A program made the position numbers and the translations under genes. A model generated the notes under the pieces. The model saw only the letters and a program-made list of their open reading frames with translations. It did no database searches and was not told the origin of the DNA. DNA of 64,000 nt, taken from Candidatus Oxydemutatoraceae bacterium (GTDB taxonomy: Bacteria; Pseudomonadota; Gammaproteobacteria; Poriferisulfidales; Oxydemutatoraceae). Shown in pieces: positions 1-11,120 of this stretch; the stretch's first letter is position 1; every line of letters starts with the position of its first letter. The stretch spans positions 1,362,163 to 1,426,162 of the forward strand of contig OZ243040.1 in the NCBI GenBank assembly GCA_965211995.1. Direction: 5' to 3'.

Positions 1-1
1 A

Positions 2-970
2 AGCGCTGATTAGTTCCACCGATCTTCGGAAATGACCGCACAATAGAGTCATTGCGCTTCTCCACATTTCATACTCGTTCTCGGTGCGCATTAACTCGCT
101 ATGTTCGGTCCTGGAAGCGTAATTGGCGGCCCACTCTTGCTGTTCGCGCTGTTCCTGGGTCGCTTCCTCGTACTCTTCAAGGCTTGCATTGATACATTTC
201 ACCACCACGGCAATGAAAGAAGATAAATCGGTGCCTTGTGAATCTTCCAAGGCGGCGTAATATCCAAACCGGCCCTCTTTTGTGATAATCGCCGGCGGAC
301 AACCATAACGCATCAATATAAGGTCCATCAGCAATCTCCCCACTCTCCCGTTGCCGTCAATGAACGGATGAATGGTTACAAACCACGTGTGCGCCGCCGC
401 CGCGCAAAGAATCGCTTCCATCCGCCCATGGCCGTTGTCTTCAAGCGACACCGATGACATCCACCGCCCGAATAACTCCATTTCCGCACGCACTGATTCA
501 GGCGCGGGAGGTTTATACTCAGAGCCGCCAATTTCTACGGCTTTGGTTCTATAACTGCCGGCATTTTCATCATCAAGACCCCTTAAAACAAGTTGATGAA
601 GCTGCTTTATATCCGTTTCTGTAATCGGCTTCGCCGGGGGAATTGCAAGTTCCTCGACAAAATCCAGGGCTGCATTCAAATTTTTCGCTTCGGCCTGATC
701 CACCAGTGATCTTCCGGTAATAGCAAGCCCCAACTCGACGACTTGCTTCGTTTCCTCCATATTCAGGGCATTTCCTTCGATCGCGTTTGAATGATATATA
801 TTTTTTATCCGAAAAAACTTTCTTAGGTCCGCTAAGATCTCCGGCGTAAGCCGCCCCGCTTTCCTCATTTCCAGGACTCGATAAGACAATTCCTCAAGCA
901 CCGGGGGGTGCGACGTTTTAAAAGAATACGGAGTGCCTTCGATCTCCATTCTCGTCTTAGTTTCAGCCAT
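2..970 (-). CDS. Fic-domain protein (class II-like), 3' end runs off the window
   Basis: Manual translation from ATG at 970 gives the catalytic motif HPFIDGNGRVGR (His codon at 368-370) and an upstream YHSNAIEGN matching the (S/T)xxxE(G/N) inhibitory motif. Visibly lower GC than neighbours. Absent from the ORF track because no stop lies in the window. Confidence 0.9.
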   Translation of the reverse strand, partial: MAETKTRMEIEGTPYSFKTSHPPVLEELSYRVLEMRKAGRLTPEILADLRKFFRIKNIYHSNAIEGNALNMEETKQVVELGLAITGRSLVDQAEAKNLNAALDFVEELAIPPAKPITETDIKQLHQLVLRGLDDENAGSYRTKAVEIGGSEYKPPAPESVRAEMELFGRWMSSVSLEDNGHGRMEAILCAAAAHTWFVTIHPFIDGNGRVGRLLMDLILMRYGCPPAIITKEGRFGYYAALEDSQGTDLSSFIAVVVKCINASLEEYEEATQEQREQQEWAANYASRTEHSELMRTENEYEMWRSAMTLLCGHFRRSVELISA

Positions 971-1100
971 GACATTCCTTAATTTTTATGCTCAAGCGGC
1001 GCCCTAAGTCTCTCTGCGCGCGTGGATGGATCAGCCTGAGCCGTTTTTTTACGCGGTTCGGCGCCGCTTATTATAGACGAACGGCGCTCGGATACCGGCG

Positions 1101-1928
1101 TCATTCGGTCCGCAACTTGCCGGTTACAATTGAGAATCCGCCTTGACGTTCACCGCCCGCGTGATTCGCAAACGCCCGCGCAATCCCATAACGCGCAGCG
1201 TATTCGACGCCGAGCAAATACAAGCCGCAACCGGCGGCGGTGACGCCGCCCTGCGTGCGGTCGCGGCGCGCGAGCACTTCGCCGACCCATGCTTCGGGCT
1301 GCGCGCCGGCGCCGACCGCGATCAGCACGCCCGCGATGTTTCTGACCATCTGCTGCAGGAAAGCGTCAGCGCAAACGATGATCTCGACGAATTCGCCGGC
1401 GCGCCGCGTGTCAACGCTGAACACGCGGCGCACCGGGCTGCGCGCCTGACAGCCGGCGGCACGGAAACTGCTGAAGTCGTGCTCGCCGACCACGGCCTGC
1501 GCCGCGCGCCGCATCGCGCCGGCGTCAAGCGGGCGGTGCACGTGGGTGGCGGTGCGCCGATGCAGCGCCGAGCGCTCGGGGCGGTTCAGGATCACGTAGC
1601 CGTAGCAACGCCGGCGCGCACTGAACCGCGCGTGGAAATCGTCGTCCACCGGCTTGACCCAATGCACCGCGACGTCTTCGGGCAGGTTGGCGTTGGCGCC
1701 GCGCCGCCACTCGGACGGTCGTCTTTGGGCCCGGGCGTCGAAGTGCACGACTTGTTCAAGCGCGTGCACGCCGGCGTCGGTGCGCCCGGAACAGACTACT
1801 GCAACGGGTTCGGCGGCGACTTTGGAGAAAGCCGCCTCGACGCAATCCTGAACGTTGCGCGCATGCGACTGGGTTTGCCAGCCGTGGAAATCACCGCCGT
1901 CGTATTCGATCCCCGCCGCGTATCTCAT
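1101..1928 (-). CDS. truA: tRNA pseudouridine(38-40) synthase
   Basis: GRTDAGVHA motif, FHARFSA, HDFSSFRA; follows asd. Confidence 0.97.
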   Translation of the reverse strand: MRYAAGIEYDGGDFHGWQTQSHARNVQDCVEAAFSKVAAEPVAVVCSGRTDAGVHALEQVVHFDARAQRRPSEWRRGANANLPEDVAVHWVKPVDDDFHARFSARRRCYGYVILNRPERSALHRRTATHVHRPLDAGAMRRAAQAVVGEHDFSSFRAAGCQARSPVRRVFSVDTRRAGEFVEIIVCADAFLQQMVRNIAGVLIAVGAGAQPEAWVGEVLARRDRTQGGVTAAGCGLYLLGVEYAARYGIARAFANHAGGERQGGFSIVTGKLRTE

Positions 1929-1939
1929 GCGCGCGCCGC

Positions 1940-2962
1940 TTACAGATACTCGCGCAGCAGGATCTCCGCAATTTGCACGCTGTTGGTGGCGGCGCCCTTG
2001 CGCAGGTTGTCACTGACGACCCACAGATCGAGGCCGCGCGGATGCGAGACGTCTTCGCGGATGCGCCCGACGAATACGTCGTCGCAGGCCGCCGCTTCGG
2101 TCGCCGCCGTCGGGTAACCGCCGTCCTTGCGCTCGTCGAGCACGCTGACGCCGGGCGCACGCGCCAGCAACTCGCGCGCTTCAGCCGCCGACACCTCCTC
2201 GGCGAACTCGGCGTGCACCGCCTCCGAATGACCGTACGCCACCGGTATCCGCACCGCCGTCGGATTGATCAAAACGTTTTCGTCCTTGAGGATCTTGCGC
2301 GTCTCCCACACCATCTTCATCTCTTCGCGGGTGTAGCCGTTGTCCATGAACGCATCTATCTGAGGCAACGCGTTGAACGCGATCTGCTTGGGATACACGC
2401 GCGTCTCGGCGCGCCCGCCGTCGAGCAGCGCGCGGCTTTGCGCGCGCATCTCGGCGAGCGCCGCCCGGCCGGTGCCCGACACCGCCTGATAAGTCGCGAC
2501 GTTGACGCGGGTGACACGGAAGCGGTCGTGCAAAGGCTTGAGCGCGACCACCATCTGTATGGTCGAGCAATTCGGGTTCGCGATGATGCCGGTGCGGGTG
2601 TAGTTTGCGATCTCCTCGGGGTTGACCTCGGGCACGACCAGCGGCACGGCGTCGTCGCAACGGAACTGCGAGGTGTTATCAATCACGACGCAGCCCGCGG
2701 CCACCGCGCGCGGGGCGTATTCCCGCGACACCGGCGCCCCGGCCGAGAACAGGCCGATCCGCACCCGTGCAAAGTCGAACGCCGCGAGATCGCCGACCTC
2801 GACGTCGCGCCCCTTGAAACGCACGCGCTTGCCCGCCGAGCTCGCGCGCGCGAGCGGATAGAGTTCGGCGACCGGAAAATCCCGTGCCGCCAGCACGTTC
2901 AGCATCTGCTCGCCGACCGCGCCGGTGGCGCCGACCACCGCGATATTGACGGGGCTATTCAT
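1940..2962 (-). CDS. asd: aspartate-semialdehyde dehydrogenase
   Basis: VVGATGAVG, ANPNCSTIQ, DNLRKGAATNSVQIAE. Confidence 0.98.
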   Translation of the reverse strand: MNSPVNIAVVGATGAVGEQMLNVLAARDFPVAELYPLARASSAGKRVRFKGRDVEVGDLAAFDFARVRIGLFSAGAPVSREYAPRAVAAGCVVIDNTSQFRCDDAVPLVVPEVNPEEIANYTRTGIIANPNCSTIQMVVALKPLHDRFRVTRVNVATYQAVSGTGRAALAEMRAQSRALLDGGRAETRVYPKQIAFNALPQIDAFMDNGYTREEMKMVWETRKILKDENVLINPTAVRIPVAYGHSEAVHAEFAEEVSAAEARELLARAPGVSVLDERKDGGYPTAATEAAACDDVFVGRIREDVSHPRGLDLWVVSDNLRKGAATNSVQIAEILLREYL

Positions 2963-3011
2963 GGTTTATCAGTTTACCGAATATGTCCGCGCCTTGAGTG
3001 AAAACCGCCGT

Positions 3012-4079
3012 TTATGACGAACAAAATTCAGACACCAGGTCACCCATCTCACCGGTCGTCGCCAGGCGCGCGGACGAATCGAGGTCGGCGGTGCGCGCTG
3101 CGGCGAGCGCTTTGCGCACCGCGCGCTCGACGCGCTCGGCGGCGGCGTCTTCACCCAGCGAATGACGCAGCAGCATCGCGAGCGACAAGATCGCCGCGAG
3201 CGGGTTCGCCTTGCCGGTGCCGGCGAGGTCCGGCGCCGAGCCGTGCACCGGCTCGTACAAGCCCTTGCCGTCCGCGTTCAAAGACGCCGACGGCAAAATC
3301 CCAATCGAGCCGGTCAGCATCGCCGCGAGATCCGACAAAACGTCGCCGAACAGGTTGGCAGTCAGGATCACGTCAAACTGAGTCGGCGCAAGCACCAACT
3401 GCATCGCCGCGTTGTCCACGTACAAGTGCGTTAACTCGACGTCGGCGTAGTCACCGGCCACCGCCGCGACCGTCTCGCGCCACAGTTTCGACACCTCCAG
3501 CACGTTGGCCTTGTCCACCGAGCACACGCGACCGTTGCGCCGCCGCGCGGCGGCGAACGCAACGTGCGCGACGCGCGCGATCTCGTCCTCGGCGTACACC
3601 ATTGTGTTGAAGCCCTCGCGCAAGCCGCGCTCGTCGCGGCGCTCGCCGCGCGGTTCGCCAAAGTAGATGCCGCCGATCAACTCGCGCACGATCAGCACGT
3701 CGAGACCGGCGATCACTTCGGGCTTCAAGGTCGAGGCCGCGGCGAGTTCGGGGAACAACCGCGCCGGGCGCAAGTTCGCAAACAGGCCGAGCGCTTTGCG
3801 GATCGCGAGCAGACCGGCTTCGGGGCGCAAGGCCCAGTCGAGCGCGTCGTAGTTCGGGCCGCCGACCGCCCCCATCAAGACCGCGTCGCACGCGCGTGCG
3901 CGCGCAAGCGTCTCGTCGGGCAAAGGCCGGCCGCGGGCGTCGTACGCGGCGCCGCCGATGAGTCCGTGCTCGACCTCAAGCGCAAGCCCGCCGGCGCGCA
4001 ACGCCGCGATAACCTTCTCGGCCTGCGCGATGACTTCGGGCCCGATGCCGTCCCCCGGCAGCAACAAGATTGAGGACAC
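3012..4079 (-). CDS. leuB: 3-isopropylmalate dehydrogenase
   Basis: [27 protein letters not shown]. Start moved to GTG at 4079, just after the leuD stop. Confidence 0.96.
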   Translation of the reverse strand: MSSILLLPGDGIGPEVIAQAEKVIAALRAGGLALEVEHGLIGGAAYDARGRPLPDETLARARACDAVLMGAVGGPNYDALDWALRPEAGLLAIRKALGLFANLRPARLFPELAAASTLKPEVIAGLDVLIVRELIGGIYFGEPRGERRDERGLREGFNTMVYAEDEIARVAHVAFAAARRRNGRVCSVDKANVLEVSKLWRETVAAVAGDYADVELTHLYVDNAAMQLVLAPTQFDVILTANLFGDVLSDLAAMLTGSIGILPSASLNADGKGLYEPVHGSAPDLAGTGKANPLAAILSLAMLLRHSLGEDAAAERVERAVRKALAAARTADLDSSARLATTGEMGDLVSEFCSS

Positions 4080-4086
4080 GGCGCGG

Positions 4087-4728
4087 TTACGACGACGGGA
4101 ACAACCACGGCGCGCGCTCGGCACGACGGCGTTCGTAGTCACGAATGCGGTCGGCGAGTGCGAGCGTGAAGCCGATGTCGTCGAGGCCTGCGAGCAGGCG
4201 CCGCTTGTAGGACGGTTCGATCTCGAACGGCCATTCCCCGCCGTCGTCGCGCACGCGCTGCGCGTCGAGGTCAACGGTCAAAGCAAAGCCCTCGCGTGCC
4301 TCGGTGCGCGCGAACAATGCGTCCACCCGCGCCGCCGGCAGCGCCGCCGGCAACAGGCCGTTCTTGAGCGCGTTGGTGTAAAAGATGTCGGCGAATCCGG
4401 ACGCGATCACGACGCGGAAACCGTACTCGAGCAAAGCCCACACCGCGTGCTCGCGCGAGGAGCCGCAACCGAAATTGTCGCGCGCGAGCAGGATCGAGGC
4501 ACCGCGGTAGCGCGGACGGTTCAGCACGAAGTCCGGGTTCGGGCGGCGCTTTGAATGATCCTGCCCGGCTTCGCCCGGGTCGAGATAGCGCCAGTCGTCG
4601 AACAGGTTGGCGCCGAAACCGGTGCGCTCGATCGACTTCAAATACTGCTTCGGAATGATCGCGTCGGTATCCACGTTGCCGCGGTCGAGCGGCGCGACCA
4701 GGCCCCGATGGAGGCGAAACGACCGCAT
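4087..4728 (-). CDS. leuD: 3-isopropylmalate dehydratase small subunit
   Basis: [24 protein letters not shown]. Confidence 0.98.
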   Translation of the reverse strand: MRSFRLHRGLVAPLDRGNVDTDAIIPKQYLKSIERTGFGANLFDDWRYLDPGEAGQDHSKRRPNPDFVLNRPRYRGASILLARDNFGCGSSREHAVWALLEYGFRVVIASGFADIFYTNALKNGLLPAALPAARVDALFARTEAREGFALTVDLDAQRVRDDGGEWPFEIEPSYKRRLLAGLDDIGFTLALADRIRDYERRRAERAPWLFPSS

Positions 4729-4731
4729 GAC

Positions 4732-6153
4732 TCAGTGCTCCCTCGACGGCGGCCACACGCGAATATCAACAAAATGCCCCGCAATCGCCGCCGCGGTGGC
4801 CATCGCGGGGCTGAGCAGATGGGTGCGCCCGCCCTGCCCCTGGCGCCCTTCGAAATTACGGTTGGAAGTCGAGGCGCAGCGCTCGCCCGACTGCAAGCGG
4901 TCGTTGTTCATGCCGAGACACATCGAGCAGCCCGGCTCGCGCCACTCAAACCCCGCGTCGGTGAAGACTTTGTCCAGCCCTTCGGCCTCGGCCTGCAATT
5001 TGACCTGCCCGGAACCCGGCACCACCAGCGCCTGCTTGATCGTCGCCGCGACTTTTCCGCCCGCGACGGCGGCGGCGGCGGCGCGCAAATCCTCGATGCG
5101 CGCGTTGGTGCACGAACCGATGAAGACCTTGTCGAGCACGATGTCCTGGATCGCGGTGCCGGGCTTGAGATCCATGTATTCGAGCGCGCGGCGCATATCG
5201 CCGGCCTTGACCGGATCGGGCTGGGCGTCGGGGTCGGGTACACGCCCGCCGACGTCCGTCACCATCTCAGGCGACGTGCCCCAGGTCACTTGCGGCTCGA
5301 TCGTTGCGGCGTCCACCTTGACTTCGCGCGCGAAAACCGCGTCGTCGTCGGATTGCAGACGCTCCCACTCGGCGAGCGCCTTCTCCCGCAACGCGCCGGC
5401 CGGCGCGCCGGGGCGCCCCGTGAGGTACTCGGCCGTGACACCGTCAAACGCGATCATGCCGGCACGCGCGCCCATCTCGATGGTCATGTTGCACAAGGTC
5501 ATGCGCCCCTCCATGGACAACCCGCGTACTGCGCCGCCGGCGTACTCGACCGCGCAGCCGCTCCCGCCGGCGGTGCCGATGCCGCCGATGATCGCAAGCG
5601 CCATGTCCTTTGCACAGACGCCGGGCTGCAATTCGCCCTCCAGGGCGACGCGCATGTCGTCGGCCTTCTTTGTCAGCAGGCATTGCGTCGCAAGCACGTG
5701 TTCGACGTCCGAAGTGCCGATCCCCATCGCCAGGGTCGCAAACGCGCCGTGCGTCGAAGTATGCGAATCGCCGCACACGACGGTCATGCCCGGCAAAGTC
5801 GCGCCCTGTTCGGGGCCGATGACGTGCACGATGCCCTGCCGCGGATCGCGGATGTCGTAGAAAGTGAGTCCGTGCTCGCGGCAGTTGCGCTCGAGCGCGG
5901 CGACCTGTTTGCGCGCCACCGGGTCCTCGATCTCCACGTCGCGCGCGGTCGTCGGCACGCTATGGTCGGGCACGGCGACGATGGACGACTTGCGCCACAA
6001 AGCCCTGCCGGCGAGACGCAGCCCCGCAAACGCCTGCGGCGAAGTCACCTCGTGAACCAGGTGCCGATCGATATAAATCAGGCAATAGCCGCCGTCCTCC
6101 TGATAAATCAGGTGGTCCGACCACAATTTGTCGTACAGCGTCCGCCCGGTCAT
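4732..6153 (-). CDS. leuC: 3-isopropylmalate dehydratase large subunit
   Basis: [37 protein letters not shown]. Confidence 0.98.
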   Translation of the reverse strand: MTGRTLYDKLWSDHLIYQEDGGYCLIYIDRHLVHEVTSPQAFAGLRLAGRALWRKSSIVAVPDHSVPTTARDVEIEDPVARKQVAALERNCREHGLTFYDIRDPRQGIVHVIGPEQGATLPGMTVVCGDSHTSTHGAFATLAMGIGTSDVEHVLATQCLLTKKADDMRVALEGELQPGVCAKDMALAIIGGIGTAGGSGCAVEYAGGAVRGLSMEGRMTLCNMTIEMGARAGMIAFDGVTAEYLTGRPGAPAGALREKALAEWERLQSDDDAVFAREVKVDAATIEPQVTWGTSPEMVTDVGGRVPDPDAQPDPVKAGDMRRALEYMDLKPGTAIQDIVLDKVFIGSCTNARIEDLRAAAAAVAGGKVAATIKQALVVPGSGQVKLQAEAEGLDKVFTDAGFEWREPGCSMCLGMNNDRLQSGERCASTSNRNFEGRQGQGGRTHLLSPAMATAAAIAGHFVDIRVWPPSREH

Positions 6154-6290
6154 CGAAAATCTCCGCGTTGATTAAGACGCGTATTGTATCCAATGTGCGG
6201 CGGTGCGGGGTGAGTGAACTTGTCCGTCCGACTATTGCGATTGGCCGGCGCATGGGTGATCCGGTCACAGCCGCCGTACCCCTTGTGATC

Positions 6291-6968
6291 GTGCGCCCCC
6301 CGCGCCCGGCAGCGTGCGCAACCCGGATCATTGCGGCGTGCAAACGCGCCGCACTTCGTCGAAGGTCGCCTCGACGCTGACGACGTTGCCCTGAGACCGA
6401 CTGATCGCGGTGTCGGGATCCTTCAATCCGTGGCCGGCCGGCGTGCACGCTGCGCGCGCCCCCCGCGCCCGGCAGCGTGCGCAACCCGGATCATTGCGGC
6501 GTGCAAACGCGCCGCACTTCGTCGAAGGTCGCCTCGACGCTGACGACGTTGCCCTGAGACTGACTGATCGCGGTGTCGGGATCCTTCAATCCGTGGCCGG
6601 TCGGCGTGCACACTGCGCGCCCCCCCCGCGCCCCCCCCGCGCCCGGCAGCGTGCGCAACCCGGATCATTGCGGCGTGCAAACGCGCCGCACTTCGTCGAA
6701 GGTCGCCTCGACGCTGACGACGCTGCCCTGAGACTGACTGATCGCGGTGTCGGGATCCTTCAATCCGTGGCCGGCCGGCGTGCACGCTGCGCGCGCCCCC
6801 CGCGCCCGGCAGCGTGCGCAACCCGGATCATTGCGGCGTGCAAACGCGCCGCACTTCGTCGAGGGTCGCCTCGACGCTGACGACGTTGCCCTGAGACTGA
6901 CTGATCGCGGTGTCGGGATCCTTCAACCCGTGGCCGGTCAGCGTGCACGCTACGCGCGCGCCCCGCGG
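6291..6968. repeat. 4-copy tandem array (periods 163/174/163 bp) of the thrC 3' end plus ~30 bp of downstream DNA
   Basis: cgcgcccggcagcgtgcgcaacccggatca starts at 6301, 6464, 6638 and 6801. The last copy contains the real thrC stop (6828-6830). Copies differ by substitutions and one 11-bp insertion. Confidence 0.95.
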
Positions 6969-7952
6969 GATGCGGCCGGCGCGGGCGTCCTTGATCAGGC
7001 CGGCGATCGAGATCGCCGACGCCGGCTCGCAGAACACCCCCTCGCACGACGCCAGCGTCTTCTGCGCCGCGAGGATCTCGGCGTCGCTACATTCGTCGAA
7101 CCAGCCGCCGGATTCGCGCACCGCCGCTTCGGCTTGCTGCCAACTTTGCGGATTGCCGATGCGGATCGCGGTTGCGACGGTTTCGGGGTTGTCAACTTTG
7201 TGCCCGCGCAGGATCGGCGCGGCGCCGCTCGCCTGATAGCCGACCATCTTCGGGCGAGTCGCAGTGAACGCGGCGCCGGCGCGAAAAGCATCACCGAGCA
7301 AGTCGCGCGCGTGCGCCATGCACTCGCTGTCCTCGCCGGCGGCTTCGCAGTAACCCATCCAGTAGGCGCTGATGTTGCCGGCGTTGCCGACCGGAATGCA
7401 GTGGTAGTCGGGCGGCGCCCCCAGCGTTTCAACGATCTCGAAAGCGGCGGTCTTCTGCCCCTGCAAGCGGTACGGGTTGATCGAGTTGACGATCGCCATG
7501 CCCGCTTCTTCCGCCACTTCTTTGACCAACTGCATGCCCTGATCGAAGTTGCCCTTGATCTGGATGATGGAAGCCCCCTCGATCATCGCCTGCGCGAGTT
7601 TGCCCAGCGCGATCTTGCCCGCGGGGATGAGCACGAAAGCGGCAAGCCCCGCGCGCGCGGCATACGCGGCGGCCGACGCCGAAGTGTTGCCGGTGGACGC
7701 GCAGATGACGGCGCGCTTGCCCGCGTGCAACGCCTGGGTAACCGCCACCGTCATGCCGCGGTCCTTGAACGAGCCGGTCGGGTTAAGTCCCTCGTACTTG
7801 ACGAAGATCTCGAGTTCGACGCCGGCCTTGGCGGGCAGGTTATGCAGGCGGATCAAAGGCGTCGAGCCCTCGTCGAGGCTCACGACGCGCGCGTCGGGCG
7901 GCAGCGGCAGACGTTCGCGGTAACGCGCGATCAGGCCGGCGGGTGCGCTCAA
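6828..7952 (-). CDS. thrC: threonine synthase
   Basis: EGLNPTGSFKDRGM (PLP lysine), CASTGNTSAS, TGHGLKDPD. Confidence 0.97.
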   Translation of the reverse strand: MSAPAGLIARYRERLPLPPDARVVSLDEGSTPLIRLHNLPAKAGVELEIFVKYEGLNPTGSFKDRGMTVAVTQALHAGKRAVICASTGNTSASAAAYAARAGLAAFVLIPAGKIALGKLAQAMIEGASIIQIKGNFDQGMQLVKEVAEEAGMAIVNSINPYRLQGQKTAAFEIVETLGAPPDYHCIPVGNAGNISAYWMGYCEAAGEDSECMAHARDLLGDAFRAGAAFTATRPKMVGYQASGAAPILRGHKVDNPETVATAIRIGNPQSWQQAEAAVRESGGWFDECSDAEILAAQKTLASCEGVFCEPASAISIAGLIKDARAGRIPRGARVACTLTGHGLKDPDTAISQSQGNVVSVEATLDEVRRVCTPQ

Positions 7953-9256
7953 TCCAGCGTCTCCACCCGGATCTTGACGGGCGGCGCGGTGACGAAATCA
8001 AAGGCTTCGATCTCGGTGAGCGCCGCGTCGAGATCACATTCACGCACGCGGTAGGTCAGCAGCACCACCGGCACCGGCACACTGTCGCCCGATTCCTTTT
8101 GCAGCACCGCCTCGATGCTGATGTTGTGCTCGGCGAGCGCGTGCGTGACTTTTGCGAGCACGCCGACCTGCTCTTCGACCGTCAGGCGCAGGTAATACGC
8201 CGTCACCACCTCGGCGATGCCGATCACTTCGATGTCGGACAGCGCGTCGGGCTGAAACGCGAGATGCGGCACGCGGTTGCCGGGGTCCGCGGTCAGCGCC
8301 CTGACCACGTCCACCAGATCGGCAACGACCGCCGAGGCCGTCGGCTCGGCGCCGGCGCCGGCGCCGTAATACAGCGTCGGCCCGACCGCGTCGCCGGTGA
8401 CGACCACCGCGTTCATCACGCCCTCGACGTTCGCGAGCAGGCGCTTTTGCGGCACCAGCGCCGGGTGCACCCGCAACTCGAGACCGCCGTTGGTGCGTTT
8501 GGCGATGCCGAGATGCTTGATGCGGTAGCCGAGTTCACCCGCGTAAACGACGTCCTGCGGGTCGAGACCGGCGATGCCCTCGACGTTGACGCGGTCGAAT
8601 TGCAGCGGGATGCCGAACGCAATCGAGGCCATGATCGTCAATTTGTGCGCGGCGTCTATGCCCTCGACGTCGTACGCGGGATCGGCTTCGGCGTAACCGA
8701 GCAATTGCGCGCGCGCCAGCGCGTCTTCAAAAGACCGGCCCTCGCTGTACATCTCCGAGAGGATGAAATTGCCGGTGCCGTTGATGATGCCGACGAGCCA
8801 CAGCACGCGGTTGCCCGACAGCCCCTCGCGGATCGCCTTGATGATCGGGATCCCGGCGGCGACCGCGGCCTCGAAAGCAACCACCGCGCCCCGGTCGGAC
8901 GCCGCGGCGAAAATCTCGTTGCCGTATTGCGCAATCAGCGCCTTGTTCGCGGTGACCACGTGCTTGCCTGAGGCGAGCGCTGCGAGCACGAGTTCGCGGG
9001 CCGGACGCGAGCCGCCGATCAACTCGATGATGACGTCGAGCGAGTCGTCATGCACGACCGCAAACGGATCGGCGCCGACCTCGATACCGTCGAGCGCCGC
9101 CGGGCGCTGCTTGCCCGGGTCGCGCACCGCGGCCCTGACCACCTCGATACCGCGACCGGCGCGGCGCACGATCTCATCGGCATTGCGACGCAGCACTTCG
9201 AGCGTACCGCAACCGACGGTGCCCAGTCCCAGGATACCGACCCGGACGGGCTTCAC
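7949..9256 (-). CDS. hom: homoserine dehydrogenase with C-terminal ACT domain
   Basis: GLGTVG, VVTANKALIA, INGTGNFIL, GAGAEPTASAV. Confidence 0.97.
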   Translation of the reverse strand: MKPVRVGILGLGTVGCGTLEVLRRNADEIVRRAGRGIEVVRAAVRDPGKQRPAALDGIEVGADPFAVVHDDSLDVIIELIGGSRPARELVLAALASGKHVVTANKALIAQYGNEIFAAASDRGAVVAFEAAVAAGIPIIKAIREGLSGNRVLWLVGIINGTGNFILSEMYSEGRSFEDALARAQLLGYAEADPAYDVEGIDAAHKLTIMASIAFGIPLQFDRVNVEGIAGLDPQDVVYAGELGYRIKHLGIAKRTNGGLELRVHPALVPQKRLLANVEGVMNAVVVTGDAVGPTLYYGAGAGAEPTASAVVADLVDVVRALTADPGNRVPHLAFQPDALSDIEVIGIAEVVTAYYLRLTVEEQVGVLAKVTHALAEHNISIEAVLQKESGDSVPVPVVLLTYRVRECDLDAALTEIEAFDFVTAPPVKIRVETLD

Positions 9257-9359
9257 GGCGGTCCCCCCGGCGTGACGCGACCGGCCCGACGCTGCGGTTT
9301 TTGGAGCGCGCGCACGACGCGCAGATCCCCCGCGACGCGGCGGACAACCGGACGATGCA

Positions 9360-10544
9360 TCACCTTGCCTCCTGAAACATGCGCTTGATGTTGCGCAACG
9401 CCTGCCTGATGCGGTGCTCGTTCTCGATCAGGCTGAACCGCACGTAACCCTCGCCGTGGCGGCCAAAACCGGCGCCCGGCGACACCGCGACCTGGGCGCG
9501 GTTCAGCAGGTGCTTGGAAAACTCGAGCGAGCCCGCGTCGCGGTAAGGCGCGGGCACCGGCGCCCACGCGAACATCGTCGCCCGCGGCTTCTCGATCGCC
9601 CAGCCGAGTTTATTGAGTCCCTCGCACAACACGTCGCGCCTTTTGCGGTAGGTTTCCCTGGTCTCCTCGACGCAGTCCTGCGGCCCTTCGAGCGCCGCGA
9701 TCGCCGCGACCTGGATCGGCGTGAACAGACCGTAGTCCAGATAAGACTTGATCTTTTCGAGTGCCGCAACCAACTCGCGACAACCGCACATAAAACCGAC
9801 CCGCCAACCGGGCATATTATAGGTCTTGGATAGAGAATAAAACTCGACCGCGAGTTCCGCGGCGCCCGGCACTTGCAGGATCGAAGGCGGACGGTAGCCG
9901 TCGAACGAAATCTCGGCGTAGGCAACGTCGTGAATCACCCACAAGCGGTGCTCGCGCGCGAGTTCCACAACTTTCTCGAAAAACGGCAGTTCCACGCAGC
10001 GCGCGGTCGGGTTGCTCGGAAAGTTCAAGATCAACAACTTCGGCTTCGGCCAGGCGTCGTGGATCAGTTTCTGCAGTTCGTCAAAAAAATCCGGTTCCGA
10101 CAGCAGCGGCACGTACAGCACGTCGGCGCCCGCGATCACGCAACTGTAGGGATGGATCGGATAGGCCGGCGCCGGCACCAGCGCACAGTCTCCCGGCTTC
10201 AGCATCGCCAGCATCAGGTGCGCGATGCCTTCTTTCGAGCCGATCGTGACGATCGCCTGCTCTTCGGGGTCGAGTTCGACGCCGAACCTGCGCCGGTACC
10301 AGTCGCACACCGCACCGCGCAGGCGCGGGATCCCGCGCGAGGACGAATAGCGGTGGGTGTCGTCCCGCTGCGCGACTTCGACCAGTTTGGCGACGACGTG
10401 CGCGGGCGTCGGGCGGTCGGGGTTGCCCATGCCGAAATCAACGATATCGTCGCCGCGCGCCCGGGCTTCGGCCTTCAGCCGGTTGACGATCGAGAACACG
10501 TACGGCGGGAGCCGCTCGATCCTTTCAAATTGCCCGGTGTTCAT
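9360..10544 (-). CDS. alaC: AlaC-like class I/II aminotransferase (glutamate-pyruvate aminotransferase)
   Basis: [38 protein letters not shown]. Start moved to ATG 10544. Typical alaC-hom-thrC order. Confidence 0.88.
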   Translation of the reverse strand: MNTGQFERIERLPPYVFSIVNRLKAEARARGDDIVDFGMGNPDRPTPAHVVAKLVEVAQRDDTHRYSSSRGIPRLRGAVCDWYRRRFGVELDPEEQAIVTIGSKEGIAHLMLAMLKPGDCALVPAPAYPIHPYSCVIAGADVLYVPLLSEPDFFDELQKLIHDAWPKPKLLILNFPSNPTARCVELPFFEKVVELAREHRLWVIHDVAYAEISFDGYRPPSILQVPGAAELAVEFYSLSKTYNMPGWRVGFMCGCRELVAALEKIKSYLDYGLFTPIQVAAIAALEGPQDCVEETRETYRKRRDVLCEGLNKLGWAIEKPRATMFAWAPVPAPYRDAGSLEFSKHLLNRAQVAVSPGAGFGRHGEGYVRFSLIENEHRIRQALRNIKRMFQEAR

Positions 10545-11116
10545 GCCAGGTACAGCGCCAACGCCAGCAGCACCAGCGCGGCGAGCGCGAGCCAGCCGTA
10601 CACCTCGATGCGCCGCTCGATCACCGGCAGTACTCTCGGCCCCGCCCACTTCAGCAGCAACGCGACCAGAAAAAAGCGCGCGCCGCGCCCGGCCAGCGAC
10701 GCGACGACGAACACCGCGAGATTTTGCCCGAGCGCGCCGGCGCCGAGCGTGAAAACCTTGTAGGGGATCGGGCTGAAGCCCGCGATGAAGACGACCGCCG
10801 CGCCCCATTCGTCGAACCACGCCGCCGCCGTCTCGTAGCGTTCCCAAAACGCGCCGCCCTCGAGCCACGGCGTGATCAGATCGAACGCGAAATACCCGAG
10901 CGCGTAACCCGCGACGCCGCCGCCGACCGAAAACAAAGTCGTCATCGCCGCGAGATACATCGCACGCTGCGGGCGCACCGCGCACATCGGCGCGAGCAGC
11001 ACGTCGGGCGGCACCGGGAAGAAAGACGACTCGGCGAAACTCAACGCGAACAGGTACTTGTCGGCGGCGGCACGCGACGACCAGGATTTCACCGTGTGAT
11101 ACAAAGGTGCGAACAA
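10541..11116 (-). CDS. yqaA: YqaA/DedA-family membrane protein
   Basis: [23 protein letters not shown]; usual neighbour of surE-pcm. Confidence 0.85.
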   Translation of the reverse strand: MFAPLYHTVKSWSSRAAADKYLFALSFAESSFFPVPPDVLLAPMCAVRPQRAMYLAAMTTLFSVGGGVAGYALGYFAFDLITPWLEGGAFWERYETAAAWFDEWGAAVVFIAGFSPIPYKVFTLGAGALGQNLAVFVVASLAGRGARFFLVALLLKWAGPRVLPVIERRIEVYGWLALAALVLLALALYLA

Positions 11117-11120
11117 TGAC

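Noticed and set aside
6291-6968. CRISPR array (also considered for 20001-20420 and 34831-36420)
   Set aside because: Units are 112-174 bp and repeat along their whole length with no unique spacers; no cas genes in the window.
7270-7350. Insertion in ThrC (AAGEDSECMAHARDLLGDAF) as a novel feature
   Set aside because: It appears to fall in a length-variable part of this ThrC type; novelty cannot be supported without an alignment.
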